Assembly: GCA_964629085.1 (NCBI GenBank)
Contig: CAZVPR010000002.1
Location: 20,428-84,427, forward strand
Reading direction: 5' to 3'
Origin: an uncultured Anaerolineales bacterium
Lineage (GTDB): Bacteria; Chloroflexota; Anaerolineae; Anaerolineales; UBA11858
Length of the DNA: 64,000 nt
Position 1 is the first letter of the stretch. Each line of letters begins with the position of its first letter. Below the pieces are notes generated by a model. That model did not search any database, had not been told where the DNA came from, and saw only the letters and a program-made list of their open reading frames with translations. The translations under genes and the position numbers were made by a program. Of the stretch, positions 16,622-26,009 are shown one piece after another.

Positions 16622-18193
16622 GTGAGCATCCGGGAAGCCCCATTCACACCACCCAAAGATCAGCGAAAAAAGTGGAGCCGCTGGCGTAGATTGCGTCAGA
16701 TCGTGCAAATTCTGGCTTTATTGCTGTTTTTCTATCTGCTGATTGTCAACTGGCGCGCCGGCGCGGCTTCTGCTCAATCGGGAATATTCTTCCGGCTCAA
16801 CCCGTTGACCGCGCTGACAGCTATGCTGGCCAGTCGAGCCTGGATTCCCAAGTTGGGTTGGGCGCTGATCACAGTAATGGCGACGTTATTGCTGGGTCGC
16901 GTGTGGTGTGGCTGGCTTTGCCCCCAAGGGACTATCCTGGAATGGATTCGCTTCCCTGGGGCTTATCAACGCTCAAACAGGATCGCGCCCCGCTGGAGGT
17001 CGGTGAAATATCTTCTTCTGCTGGTCATTCTCGGCATGGCATTGATGGGCAGTATGACACTGCTACTCTTCGATCCCATCACCATCCTGACGCGCTTCAC
17101 GTCCACAAGTTTATTTCCGGCGTTCAACGATGGCATCACCCAACTTGAGTTCGCGCTTTATCGATATCCGCTTTTCCAACCGCCCATCAATTGGATCGAG
17201 AGCAATCTGCGCGGGGTAGTCTTGCCCTCCGTTCAATCAGCATTCAGGCAAAGCGTCCCCATTCTGGCACTTTTTGCAGGTATCCTGGCGCTCAACGCGC
17301 TGGCAGATCGATTTTGGTGCCGGTACCTGTGCCCACTGGGCGGAATGCTGGGGCTGCTCTCGAAAATTTCTTTGTTCAGGCCGTTCATCACCACCCAGTG
17401 CAATCACTGCGATCACTGCCTGAGTGAATGCAAGCTGGAGGCTATTCAGGCACACGATGGATCGGATATTGCTCCGCACGAAATTATCATCTCGGAATGC
17501 ACCATGTGTATTGATTGTCTGGCCAGTTGTCCGGAGAGCGGCATCACGTTCAGGGGCCAAACACAGCCGGTTTATTCACAAGATTTCGACCCTGACCGCC
17601 GTCAGGCTTTGTTGTCTTTGGGGGCTGGTGCAGTTGGCGCTCTGCTCATCGGCACGGATGCGGCGACAAAATCGCCCAGCCCAAGCTTGATTCGTCCGCC
17701 GGGCGTCGAAGACGAAGATGATTTTCTGGCCCACTGCATCCGGTGCAGTGAGTGCATGCAAGTCTGTGCCACATCAGGTTTACAACCAACCCTATTCGAG
17801 GCCGGTTTGGAGGGACTTTGGACACCGACATTGGTGCCGCGGCTGGGCCCTTGTGATTACAGTTGCACAGCTTGTGGCGAGGTTTGCCCCAGCGGTGCCA
17901 TCCCCCTGTTGGATTTGGAAACCAAGCGCCAGCAAATTATCGGACTGGCCGTTTTGGATCGCAACCGTTGTTTGCCTTGGGCTTATGCCACGCACTGCAT
18001 CGTCTGCGAGGAAATGTGCCCGGTGCCGGACAAAGCCGTGCGGTTAGAAGAAGTCACCGTGATCGACCCATGGGGGTATGAGGTGATTGTGCAACAGCCT
18101 TTTGTAGTGCGTGATTTGTGCACTGGCTGCGGCATTTGCGAATTTCATTGTCCTATGGAAGCCCAATCGGCCATCCAGGTTCAACGCCGGTAA
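16622..18193 (+). CDS. Membrane polyferredoxin: NapH-like N-terminal half fused to a NapG/MauM-like C-terminal half
   Basis: 523 aa with a GTG start. Two CX3CP motifs (WCGWLCPQG, WCRYLCPLG) sit between TM helices. Cluster motifs CNHCDHCLSEC and CTMCIDCLASCP follow. An internal Tat-like segment DRRQALLSLGAGAVGALLIG is then followed by CIRCSECMQVC, CTACGEVCP, CIVCEEMCP and CTGCGICEFHCP. Confidence 0.75.
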   Translation: MSIREAPFTPPKDQRKKWSRWRRLRQIVQILALLLFFYLLIVNWRAGAASAQSGIFFRLNPLTALTAMLASRAWIPKLGWALITVMATLLLGRVWCGWLCPQGTILEWIRFPGAYQRSNRIAPRWRSVKYLLLLVILGMALMGSMTLLLFDPITILTRFTSTSLFPAFNDGITQLEFALYRYPLFQPPINWIESNLRGVVLPSVQSAFRQSVPILALFAGILALNALADRFWCRYLCPLGGMLGLLSKISLFRPFITTQCNHCDHCLSECKLEAIQAHDGSDIAPHEIIISECTMCIDCLASCPESGITFRGQTQPVYSQDFDPDRRQALLSLGAGAVGALLIGTDAATKSPSPSLIRPPGVEDEDDFLAHCIRCSECMQVCATSGLQPTLFEAGLEGLWTPTLVPRLGPCDYSCTACGEVCPSGAIPLLDLETKRQQIIGLAVLDRNRCLPWAYATHCIVCEEMCPVPDKAVRLEEVTVIDPWGYEVIVQQPFVVRDLCTGCGICEFHCPMEAQSAIQVQRR

Positions 18194-18375
18194 AGCATTC
18201 AAAATCAATTGCTCCTGACGTAAGATACCGTTACAATTACTCATCTTTATTCCAGCAAAAGATAAGCACAGTTGATGTGGCTATTTTCGGAATTTACTGC
18301 AGCGGATCACAGATTTCACCGGATTTTTTGAATAGACGATGAAAGGTGAAATGATTGCAATAATCAGCGCTTTTA

Positions 18376-19002
18376 TTGAGTAGAATTATGTTGACCCAAA
18401 CAAAAGAAACATTGACTACAATGACACCGAAAAAAGCCCTGTCAATTCTAAAAGAAGGCAACCAACGGTTCGTGGAGAATCAGGTTGAAAAGCGCGATCT
18501 GTTGGAACAAATGCGCCAAACCAGCCAGGGGCAATTCCCGTTTGCCATAATCCTGGGATGCATTGATTCACGTGTCCCTCCAGAGCTAATTTTCGATTTG
18601 GGCATTGGAGATGCGTTCAGTATCAGGATTGCGGGCAACATTATCAACCAGGATATCCTCGGCAGTATGGAATTTGCCTGCAAAGTTAAAGGCTCAAAAC
18701 AGATCGTCGTGCTGGGTCACACAAGTTGCGGTGCTGTTCGAGGAGCACTCAATGAGGTTGACCTGGGCAATTTAACTGCTCTAGTTAGCAAAATAAACCC
18801 GGCGATTGAAGAAGTAAAAAAATTATCAAATAAAACCCAGGTCGATGTCGATGTCGACCAGGTTGCAGAAATGAATGTTAAAATGACTATCGAGCAAATC
18901 AAACGGAGAAGCCCAATTCTTCGTGAATTGTTTGAAAAAAACCAAATCGGCATTGCGGGCGCAATGTACGATGTGAGCACAGGCAAGGTTTCTTTCTTGT
19001 AA
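18376..19002 (+). CDS. Beta-class carbonic anhydrase
   Basis: Zinc ligands CIDSRV and GHTSCGAV, plus the KEGNQRF N-terminal block. The true start may be ATG 18388 or 18421. Confidence 0.85.
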   Translation: MSRIMLTQTKETLTTMTPKKALSILKEGNQRFVENQVEKRDLLEQMRQTSQGQFPFAIILGCIDSRVPPELIFDLGIGDAFSIRIAGNIINQDILGSMEFACKVKGSKQIVVLGHTSCGAVRGALNEVDLGNLTALVSKINPAIEEVKKLSNKTQVDVDVDQVAEMNVKMTIEQIKRRSPILRELFEKNQIGIAGAMYDVSTGKVSFL

Positions 19003-19044
19003 TTCGCCAGTTGTTTTACCAAATCAATTTCAAAGGCGCATTTC

Positions 19045-20121
19045 ATGCTGGAGTTTGAACATTCCCTATTTAAGTTATTGCTTCTGGTAGCGGTTTTGAA
19101 CGCCCGACCACCGGGACGCAAGTGGCTGCCGGCTATCATCGCCGGCGGTTTGTTGTTGGCCTTTCTTCCGCCCATAGTGACCGTGACCGTCCCCTGGGAT
19201 TTGGTACTCGGTCTGACCATTCCGCTATTGCTTTGGCAGAACGCCCGTCAGATCATCACTGCCCAATGGGTCGGCAGATGGAAAGATATCCTGATCTGGT
19301 TGGTAGCTGCGGCCTTGTTTGCGGTGGTATTTTGGAGCTTCAAAGGTCTGGAACCCTCAGTGGTGATCCTGTTTAGCCTGGTAGCTGCCAGCATGCTTTG
19401 GAGCGTCGGCAGGACGAAGAACACAACCAGCGTGGTCAGTTTGATCGGTCCCTTCACACTGATCTTTTTGCTCGCCGAAGTGGAGCCTTTGATTCAAAGC
19501 ACATCCCGTTATATTGGCGGGGTATTTAGCGGGTTGGCGATTGGCGCAGTAATCGCTTTGGGGGCGGTTCTGTTGAACAAGAGAAGCACGCCAAACGTTG
19601 GCAATGTTATTGCAATCGCTCAAATCTATCTGGCTTATGGTTTCGCCTTATTTGCCGGTGTTTCTGCCGTCGCTGCCAGTCTGGCCAGCGTGATTGTCTA
19701 TATCACTTTTGGCTTGTATTCAGACCTTTGGCCGGAAAAACGCGTCCAACCGACCCCTATAAATTCATGGGGCGGCTTTATCTATATCCTGGTAATCTTC
19801 ATCTTCCTTGGCTGGCAGGCACATTACCCACCCTCCAGCCTGATTTTTCTGGAAGTATTGGTTGGATTTGTGATCAGTTTATTTATCGCCCGGATTGGAC
19901 AATTCTTGAAATTAGATGCTTTCCCCGATGATCTCCCCCTTTGGCGGGTGGGATTCAAGGTGGCGTTGCTCCTGTTCCCAGCGCTATTAATTTGGCCTCA
20001 TGATACACTACAACAACCGGCATTGCTGGCCTATGCGTTTGGGATTGCGATCCTAAACCTGATCGTTGCCAGACTGACATTAACTTACTTTTTTGAAAGA
20101 ACTGAAGAAATTTACCAATGA
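19045..20121 (+). CDS. Polytopic membrane protein, distantly cation:proton-antiporter-like
   Basis: 358 aa with at least 9 hydrophobic helices. LGLTIPLLLWQNA resembles the LPPLLF block of CPA1 exchangers, but the match is weak. Its stop overlaps the ATPase start (ATGA at 20118-20121). Confidence 0.35.
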   Translation: MLEFEHSLFKLLLLVAVLNARPPGRKWLPAIIAGGLLLAFLPPIVTVTVPWDLVLGLTIPLLLWQNARQIITAQWVGRWKDILIWLVAAALFAVVFWSFKGLEPSVVILFSLVAASMLWSVGRTKNTTSVVSLIGPFTLIFLLAEVEPLIQSTSRYIGGVFSGLAIGAVIALGAVLLNKRSTPNVGNVIAIAQIYLAYGFALFAGVSAVAASLASVIVYITFGLYSDLWPEKRVQPTPINSWGGFIYILVIFIFLGWQAHYPPSSLIFLEVLVGFVISLFIARIGQFLKLDAFPDDLPLWRVGFKVALLLFPALLIWPHDTLQQPALLAYAFGIAILNLIVARLTLTYFFERTEEIYQ

Positions 20122-22868
20122 CAACATCGAACATCCCAAAACCGTGGCACACGTTTTCTGTGGAGACCACGCTCGAAAAACTGGCTGTTGAAACCGATAA
20201 GGGGCTTAGCCAGACCGAAATTACAAACCGTATAGAAAAGTTCGGTTTGAATGAATTGGTAGAACACGGGGCCAAAAACCCCTGGAAAATCCTGTTCGAC
20301 CAGTTCCGAGAGACCATGGTCGTGGTGCTGATCCTCGCCGCTATCGTATCGGCGCTGGTCAGCGACTGGAAAGACGCCATTGCCATCCTTGCCATTGTGA
20401 TCCTCAATGCCGTCCTGGGCTTCGTTCAGGAATTCCGCGCCGAGCAGGCTATGCAGGCGCTAAAGAAAATGGCCGCTCCATTGGTGCGGGTGCGCCGCGA
20501 TGGCAAAGTACTTGAAATCGAATCGGGGCAACTGGTGCCCGGCGACGTGATCTTGCTGGAGGCCGGCAACGCCGTTCCCGCTGACGCCCGGCTGATCGAA
20601 TCGGCCAGCCTGCGTGTTACCGAAGCCTCCCTGACCGGTGAATCCCATCCCATCGACAAAACGGTTGAAACCCTCGAGGGGGATGATTTGCCCTTGGGCG
20701 ACCGCCACAACCTGGTCTATATGGGCACGGTGGTCAATTATGGGCGCGGCGTGGCCGTTGTTGTCGAAACAGGCATGCAGACTCAATTGGGCCGCATCGC
20801 CGAATTGATCCAGTCCGTAGAGGGCGAACAAACTCCTTTACAAAGACGTATGGCGCAACTTGGAAAATCGCTGGCCTTTGCCTCACTGGGAATTGTAGCT
20901 GTGGTCTTCGCTTTGGGCTTAATGCGCGGTGAAGAGATCGGCGAGATGTTTATCACCTCGATTGCCATGGCCGTAGCCGCCATCCCCGAGGGCTTGCCCG
21001 CCGTCGTGACCATTTCCCTGGCTTTAGGCGCCCAACGTATGCTGCGCCGCCAGGCTCTGATCCGTAAACTGCCCGCCGTAGAAACCTTGGGTTCCGTTAC
21101 CACGATCTGCTCTGATAAGACTGGCACGCTGACTGAGAACCGCATGACCGTCACCATCCTGGATGTGATGGGTGAGACCGAACAAATCGATGCCATGCTC
21201 GAAAAGCACATTGCTGTGCTGGATGCTGAATTCCGCCCCAGCGAACGACCTCCCGTGCGCAGCCTGGGCCTGCTGCTCAAAGCGGCCGCCCTGGTCAATG
21301 ATGCTATTTTGCAGGAATCCCCCGAAGAAGATGATGCTTTCCGAGCGATCGGTGATCCTACCGAAGGTGCCTTGTTGATCGCGGCCGCCAAGACCGGCCT
21401 GTGGAAATCCGAACTGGATCAACGCTGGCCGCGCGTGGGCGAAGCTCCATTTACATCAGAACGCAAACGGATGACCACCGTTCACCAGGTCAATATCCCC
21501 ATCGATGCCCCCAGCGATGCACCCTGGCGAGACGCTCCCTATGTAGCGTTTTGCAAGGGCGCGGTCGATGAGATGCTTTCAATCACGGCCCAGGTTTGGG
21601 CTGGTGATCAGGCGGTACCCTTGGGCGATGAACTCAGAGAACGCATCCTGTCATCAAATAACGAGATGGCCGAAGACGGCCAGCGCGTGCTGGGGGTGGC
21701 TTTTCGCCCCCTGAACGAACTGCCTGAAAAAATCGATGAAGAATCGCTGGAAAAAGAGATGACCTTCATCGGCCTTACCGCCATGATCGACCCGCCGCGT
21801 CCTGAGGTTGAAGCTGCTGTGGATACCTGTCAGACAGCCGGCATCCGCCCGGTGATGATCACCGGCGACCACCCCCTGACGGCGCTGCGCATTGCCAAAG
21901 ACCTGGGTATCGCTGACGAAGACGCCCAGGCAGACAGCCAAATTCTTACCGGACAACAGCTTTCCCAAATGTCGGATGACGATCTTGAGGCTGTGGTTGA
22001 GGATGTCTCGGTTTATGCGCGCGTATCCCCAGAACACAAACTCAAAATCGTCCAGGCTCTGCAAACTCGCGGCCATATTGTGGCCATGACCGGAGACGGC
22101 GTCAATGATGCGCCCGCCCTGCGCCGCTCGGATATCGGCGTGGCTATGGGCATCACCGGTACAGACGTCTCTAAAGAAGCCTCTGATATGGTGTTGCTAG
22201 ATGACAACTTCGCCACCATTGTGCGAGCAGTCTCCGAAGGTCGTACGATTTACGACAACATTCGTAAATTCATCAAATACACCATGACCAGCAATGTGGG
22301 CGAGATTCTGGTCATGCTGCTGGCGCCTTTCTTTGGCATGCCGCTGCCGCTTACCGCGCTGCAAATCTTGTGGATCAACCTGGTCACCGATGGACTGCCT
22401 GGGTTGGCGCTGGGTCTGGAACCCTCCGAGCGGGATACCATGCGTCGTCCGCCTCACCCCCCCGGAGAAAGCATTTTCGCCCGCGGCCTGGGCGTGGCCG
22501 TCTTGTGGGTCGGGCCGTTGATGGGCGTCGTTGCCCTGGGTGTTGGCCTGTGGGGCTACCTGACCGGTAACCCTTATTGGCAAACAATGACCTTTACTAC
22601 CCTTACCCTGGCGCAGATGGGCAACGCGCTGGCGATTCGCTCCGATCACGACTCACTTTTCCAGATCGGATTGCTTTCCAACAAACCCATGCTTGGAGCC
22701 GTATTGCTGACCCTTGGCATGCAAATGGTGGTTACCTATTGGGGGCCGGCCCAAAATCTCTTCGGTACTCAGGCCTTGCCACCATTCGAGTTGGTCATCA
22801 GCCTGGCGGCCAGTACGCTGGTTTTCTGGGCCATCGAATTGGAAAAGCTCATCAAGCGGGGAAGATAA
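20118..22868 (+). CDS. P-type ATPase, type IIA (Ca2+-transporting, SERCA/PMCA-like)
   Basis: 916 aa. Motifs [15 protein letters not shown], phosphorylation site [18 protein letters not shown] and [11 protein letters not shown]. Confidence 0.9.
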   Translation: MTTSNIPKPWHTFSVETTLEKLAVETDKGLSQTEITNRIEKFGLNELVEHGAKNPWKILFDQFRETMVVVLILAAIVSALVSDWKDAIAILAIVILNAVLGFVQEFRAEQAMQALKKMAAPLVRVRRDGKVLEIESGQLVPGDVILLEAGNAVPADARLIESASLRVTEASLTGESHPIDKTVETLEGDDLPLGDRHNLVYMGTVVNYGRGVAVVVETGMQTQLGRIAELIQSVEGEQTPLQRRMAQLGKSLAFASLGIVAVVFALGLMRGEEIGEMFITSIAMAVAAIPEGLPAVVTISLALGAQRMLRRQALIRKLPAVETLGSVTTICSDKTGTLTENRMTVTILDVMGETEQIDAMLEKHIAVLDAEFRPSERPPVRSLGLLLKAAALVNDAILQESPEEDDAFRAIGDPTEGALLIAAAKTGLWKSELDQRWPRVGEAPFTSERKRMTTVHQVNIPIDAPSDAPWRDAPYVAFCKGAVDEMLSITAQVWAGDQAVPLGDELRERILSSNNEMAEDGQRVLGVAFRPLNELPEKIDEESLEKEMTFIGLTAMIDPPRPEVEAAVDTCQTAGIRPVMITGDHPLTALRIAKDLGIADEDAQADSQILTGQQLSQMSDDDLEAVVEDVSVYARVSPEHKLKIVQALQTRGHIVAMTGDGVNDAPALRRSDIGVAMGITGTDVSKEASDMVLLDDNFATIVRAVSEGRTIYDNIRKFIKYTMTSNVGEILVMLLAPFFGMPLPLTALQILWINLVTDGLPGLALGLEPSERDTMRRPPHPPGESIFARGLGVAVLWVGPLMGVVALGVGLWGYLTGNPYWQTMTFTTLTLAQMGNALAIRSDHDSLFQIGLLSNKPMLGAVLLTLGMQMVVTYWGPAQNLFGTQALPPFELVISLAASTLVFWAIELEKLIKRGR

Positions 22869-22906
22869 ATTTTTTGCAAATTATTATTTCAATATCAATA
22901 CTTCCT

Positions 22907-22951
22907 TACTTCCTACTCCATATTTCCGATTTTCTAAAGGAGTAGGAAGTA
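22907..22951 (+). terminator. Hairpin downstream of the P-type ATPase gene
   Basis: TACTTCCTACTCC (22907-22919) pairs perfectly with GGAGTAGGAAGTA (22939-22951) around a 19-nt loop. There is no clear U-tract. Confidence 0.45.
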
Positions 22952-22978
22952 GGGAGTAAGGTTTAAGGTTTCTTTCCC

Positions 22979-24268
22979 ATGCTCCCAGATTTACTTCTTA
23001 TCACTTTTCTAATCCTGGCCAACGGCTTCTTCGCCGCTGCCGAGATGGCCGTGGTTTCAGCCCGGCAGTCGCGCTTGCAAACCCTGGCCGAAGAAGGCAA
23101 TGCCCGCGCCTCAAAAGCCCTGGGGTTGCGCGAAAATCCAGCCGAATTTTTGGCCACTGTGCAGGTCGGCATCACGCTAGTGGGTACCCTGGCCTCGGCA
23201 GTTGGCGGTGTGGAAGCTTCGCGCTGGCTGGCCCCACAGATCGCTCGTTTGCCTATGTTGGCACCTTATGCCGAACAGATTGCCCTGGGTTTGGTGGTAG
23301 TTACAATTGCCTTTGGCTCGCTGCTCTTTGGCGAATTGGTACCCAAACGCCTGGCCATCCGCAACCCGGAGAGATTGGCCATCACGGTGACGCGCACCTT
23401 CGAGGTCATGGCGCGCATTGTGAGAATTCCCATTCGCATCCTGATGGTTTCTGCCGATGCCGTGCTGCGCCTGTTCGGGCCCGAACATCCCCAAGATCAG
23501 GCCACCCGCCCCGAAGAGATCGAAGTGTTAGTGCGGCGCAGCGCCGCCGAAGGGATGATCTTGCCCTTGCAGGAGCGTCTGATCGAGCGCGTCTTTGATT
23601 ATGCTGACCGCAGCGTGCGCGATGAAATGACCCCACGAATGGAGATTATCGCCATTGAAACAGGCACCCCCCTGAACGAAGCCTTGGACCTGGGCAAGGA
23701 ACATGGCTATTCTCGATTCCCGGTATATCGCCAAAACCTGGATCACGTTCTCGGCTATGTGCACATCAAAGACCTGATCTGGTCGCCCCCCGACACGCCG
23801 CTAGAGAGCATCCTGCGTCCATTGGAATACATCCCCGAAGGTGCCAGCCTGCCGCAGGCTTTCAACCAGTTGACGCGCAGCGGTTACCAGATGGGCATGG
23901 TGCTGGACGAATACGGAGGCACGGAAGGCTTGATCACGTTGGAAAACCTATTGGAAACGATTGTCGGAGAAATCGAAGACGAACACAGTCCTATTGCTAC
24001 GGTACCCGAGGCGCGCGGTACTGGTGTTTGGGAAATTGCCGGGCATACTGCTATTGTTGAGGTGGCGGAACTTCTGGGTGTGGAATTTGAGGCGCAAGGG
24101 AAATACAACACCCTGGCGGGATTCATCATGGCGCAGTTAGGACAAATCCCCCAGGAGGGGGATTCGGTTCTTTGGAATGATTTTTGCTTCACCGTTGATG
24201 AGATGGAGCGTTTCCGGGTGGTGAGTGTGTGCGTGCGCTACATGCCCTCGGAATCGCAATTTGAGTAG
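22979..24268 (+). CDS. CNNM/HlyC/CorC-family transporter (DUF21 + CBS pair + CorC_HlyC)
   Basis: 429 aa. N-terminal 4-TM DUF21 (FFAAAEMAVVS), a CBS pair (VRDEMTPRMEI..., YSRFPVY) and C-terminal CorC (FCFTVDEMERFRV). Confidence 0.85.
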   Translation: MLPDLLLITFLILANGFFAAAEMAVVSARQSRLQTLAEEGNARASKALGLRENPAEFLATVQVGITLVGTLASAVGGVEASRWLAPQIARLPMLAPYAEQIALGLVVVTIAFGSLLFGELVPKRLAIRNPERLAITVTRTFEVMARIVRIPIRILMVSADAVLRLFGPEHPQDQATRPEEIEVLVRRSAAEGMILPLQERLIERVFDYADRSVRDEMTPRMEIIAIETGTPLNEALDLGKEHGYSRFPVYRQNLDHVLGYVHIKDLIWSPPDTPLESILRPLEYIPEGASLPQAFNQLTRSGYQMGMVLDEYGGTEGLITLENLLETIVGEIEDEHSPIATVPEARGTGVWEIAGHTAIVEVAELLGVEFEAQGKYNTLAGFIMAQLGQIPQEGDSVLWNDFCFTVDEMERFRVVSVCVRYMPSESQFE

Positions 24269-24283
24269 CAAACCTTTTATCAG

Positions 24284-25726
24284 CTATCCCTTCACATAGC
24301 GGCTATGGAAAGCGATCCATTTGGGCAAGATTTCCTCGAGCAGCTCTTTCGGGGGCAAAAAGGCAATCCTGAGGTGATGGGTAGCTTCTTTTTGCCCAAA
24401 ACCAGAGCCATTCACCGTGCATAAGCCAACGTCTTCCAACAAAGCCATGCAATAGTCATAATCCGTGGTGCCTTCGGGCAACGCATTTAACCGGGGGAAG
24501 AGATACATGCCGGCAGTCCTTCCAAAGCATTCCACCCCATCCATTTGTTTGAATGCTTCCCGGATCATGGTTGCCTTTTGATGCAACTCATCTAGGGTTC
24601 GCTGTTTTTCCTGATTGTACTGTCCATAAGAAGGGCTGCCTTCCTCGGGCGGGCTGACCATCAAATAGGTAAGGATCTGCCCGGCGGTATTCGAACACAA
24701 GCTCACGGAGGCCTGTTTGAGCAGCAAATCAGCGAAGTTCAAGTTGCTTCCGCTTATTTGGGGCGGATTCCTCACTTCAAGGTAGCCCCCTCGGTGTCCG
24801 CATTCCCCATAATACCCCTTCGAGATGCTGTGCAGGCTGAACAGCGGCACAGCTTCAGAACCCAGGATTTTGGCAAAGGACACGAATTCCCCAGAATAGA
24901 TATTTTCCTGATAAACCTCATCGGCGATGATCACCAGGCCGTGATCTTTTGCAAACGCAATCACTTCGCGAATGCTATTCTCATCTAAGATGGCGCCGGT
25001 TGGATTGCCGGGATTGATCACCACAATCCCCTTGACCTTGACTCCCTTTTCCTCAGCAGAAATCAGCGCGTCTTCCAACATTTCTCTGTCGAAAGTCCAT
25101 CCGTTATCCTCGTTGGGGTAATAATTTACCTGAACACCGCCCGCCTTTGTGATGGTCGCCGAATAGAGTGGATACTGCGGGATTGGGATCATGATGCCAT
25201 CCTGCGGGCCGGCGATGAGCAAATCCAGCACAGACTTGGCCCCCTCGCTGGCACCGCTGGTCAGAAAAATCAGCTCCGGGTCGGCAGCGACACCATCAGA
25301 ACTTTCGTAACCATCCCTTTTGTCGATAAATTCGGCGATGGCCTCTCGGATAAAGCGCAATCCCTTACTTTCGGTATAAGCCCCCATACCGGTGCCGATA
25401 TTTGCGAGGATCTGTTCGCTGATATCCAATACGTCATCAGGAATGAAATCATCTTCACGTAAATCGCTGAGCGGTGACTCTTCAAACAAACTCTTCAACT
25501 GCCGCTCACGCTTGATCTTGGCCGCATCTTCTACCAGGCTTAGCACCTGGCGGTAATACGTCATGGCGGGTTGACCCAAAGCCTGCGGATTACCGATATT
25601 GCAGAACACAACCGGCTTTCCTTCCTGCTTCAAAGCGGCTGCCCTTTGGGGGATCGGGCCTCTTACGGCGTATTCCATCTCGAGGATATTCTGATTGACT
25701 TCGATACCTGCTGCGGCAAGATTCAT
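24284..25726 (-). CDS. PLP-dependent aminotransferase, alanine aminotransferase (ALT)-like subgroup
   Basis: ATG 25726 (SD GGAG 10 nt upstream) is preferred over 25780. MEYAVRGPI, NPGNPTG, and SISKGYYGECGHRGGY with the PLP-lysine context, as in eukaryote-type ALT. Confidence 0.8.
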   Translation of the reverse strand: MNLAAAGIEVNQNILEMEYAVRGPIPQRAAALKQEGKPVVFCNIGNPQALGQPAMTYYRQVLSLVEDAAKIKRERQLKSLFEESPLSDLREDDFIPDDVLDISEQILANIGTGMGAYTESKGLRFIREAIAEFIDKRDGYESSDGVAADPELIFLTSGASEGAKSVLDLLIAGPQDGIMIPIPQYPLYSATITKAGGVQVNYYPNEDNGWTFDREMLEDALISAEEKGVKVKGIVVINPGNPTGAILDENSIREVIAFAKDHGLVIIADEVYQENIYSGEFVSFAKILGSEAVPLFSLHSISKGYYGECGHRGGYLEVRNPPQISGSNLNFADLLLKQASVSLCSNTAGQILTYLMVSPPEEGSPSYGQYNQEKQRTLDELHQKATMIREAFKQMDGVECFGRTAGMYLFPRLNALPEGTTDYDYCMALLEDVGLCTVNGSGFGQKEATHHLRIAFLPPKELLEEILPKWIAFHSRYVKG

Positions 25727-25902
25727 ATTGACGGGCTCCTGTTTTTTGAGAGTTACTTTGTCAAATCTGCAAAAGCCCACTAAGTATACTCGATGCTAAC
25801 AAAACCTAAAAACCATCTAAATATCTTTTGAACTTCTCTTTGTTAAGATCATCAAAATTCAAGAATTTAGAATCTATTTCACAAGAAATCATAATCAAAT
25901 TT

Positions 25903-25981
25903 GTTATTGCGAGGAGGCATCGCCAACGAAGCAATCTACAAACAAATATTCAGATTGCCTCGCGGGCGCGCCCGCAATAAC
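25903..25981. repeat. 79-nt imperfect hairpin repeat (GTTATTGCGAGG ... GCAATCT / AGATTGC ... CGCAATAAC)
   Basis: Outer arms GTTATTGCG (25903-25911) / CGCAATAAC (25973-25981), inner arms GCAATCT / AGATTGC. A related GTCATTGCGA...GCGGCAATCTC element occurs at ~30932-31015. Confidence 0.65.
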
Positions 25982-26009
25982 ATCATGCAAAATTGAAGAG
26001 GATATTAGA

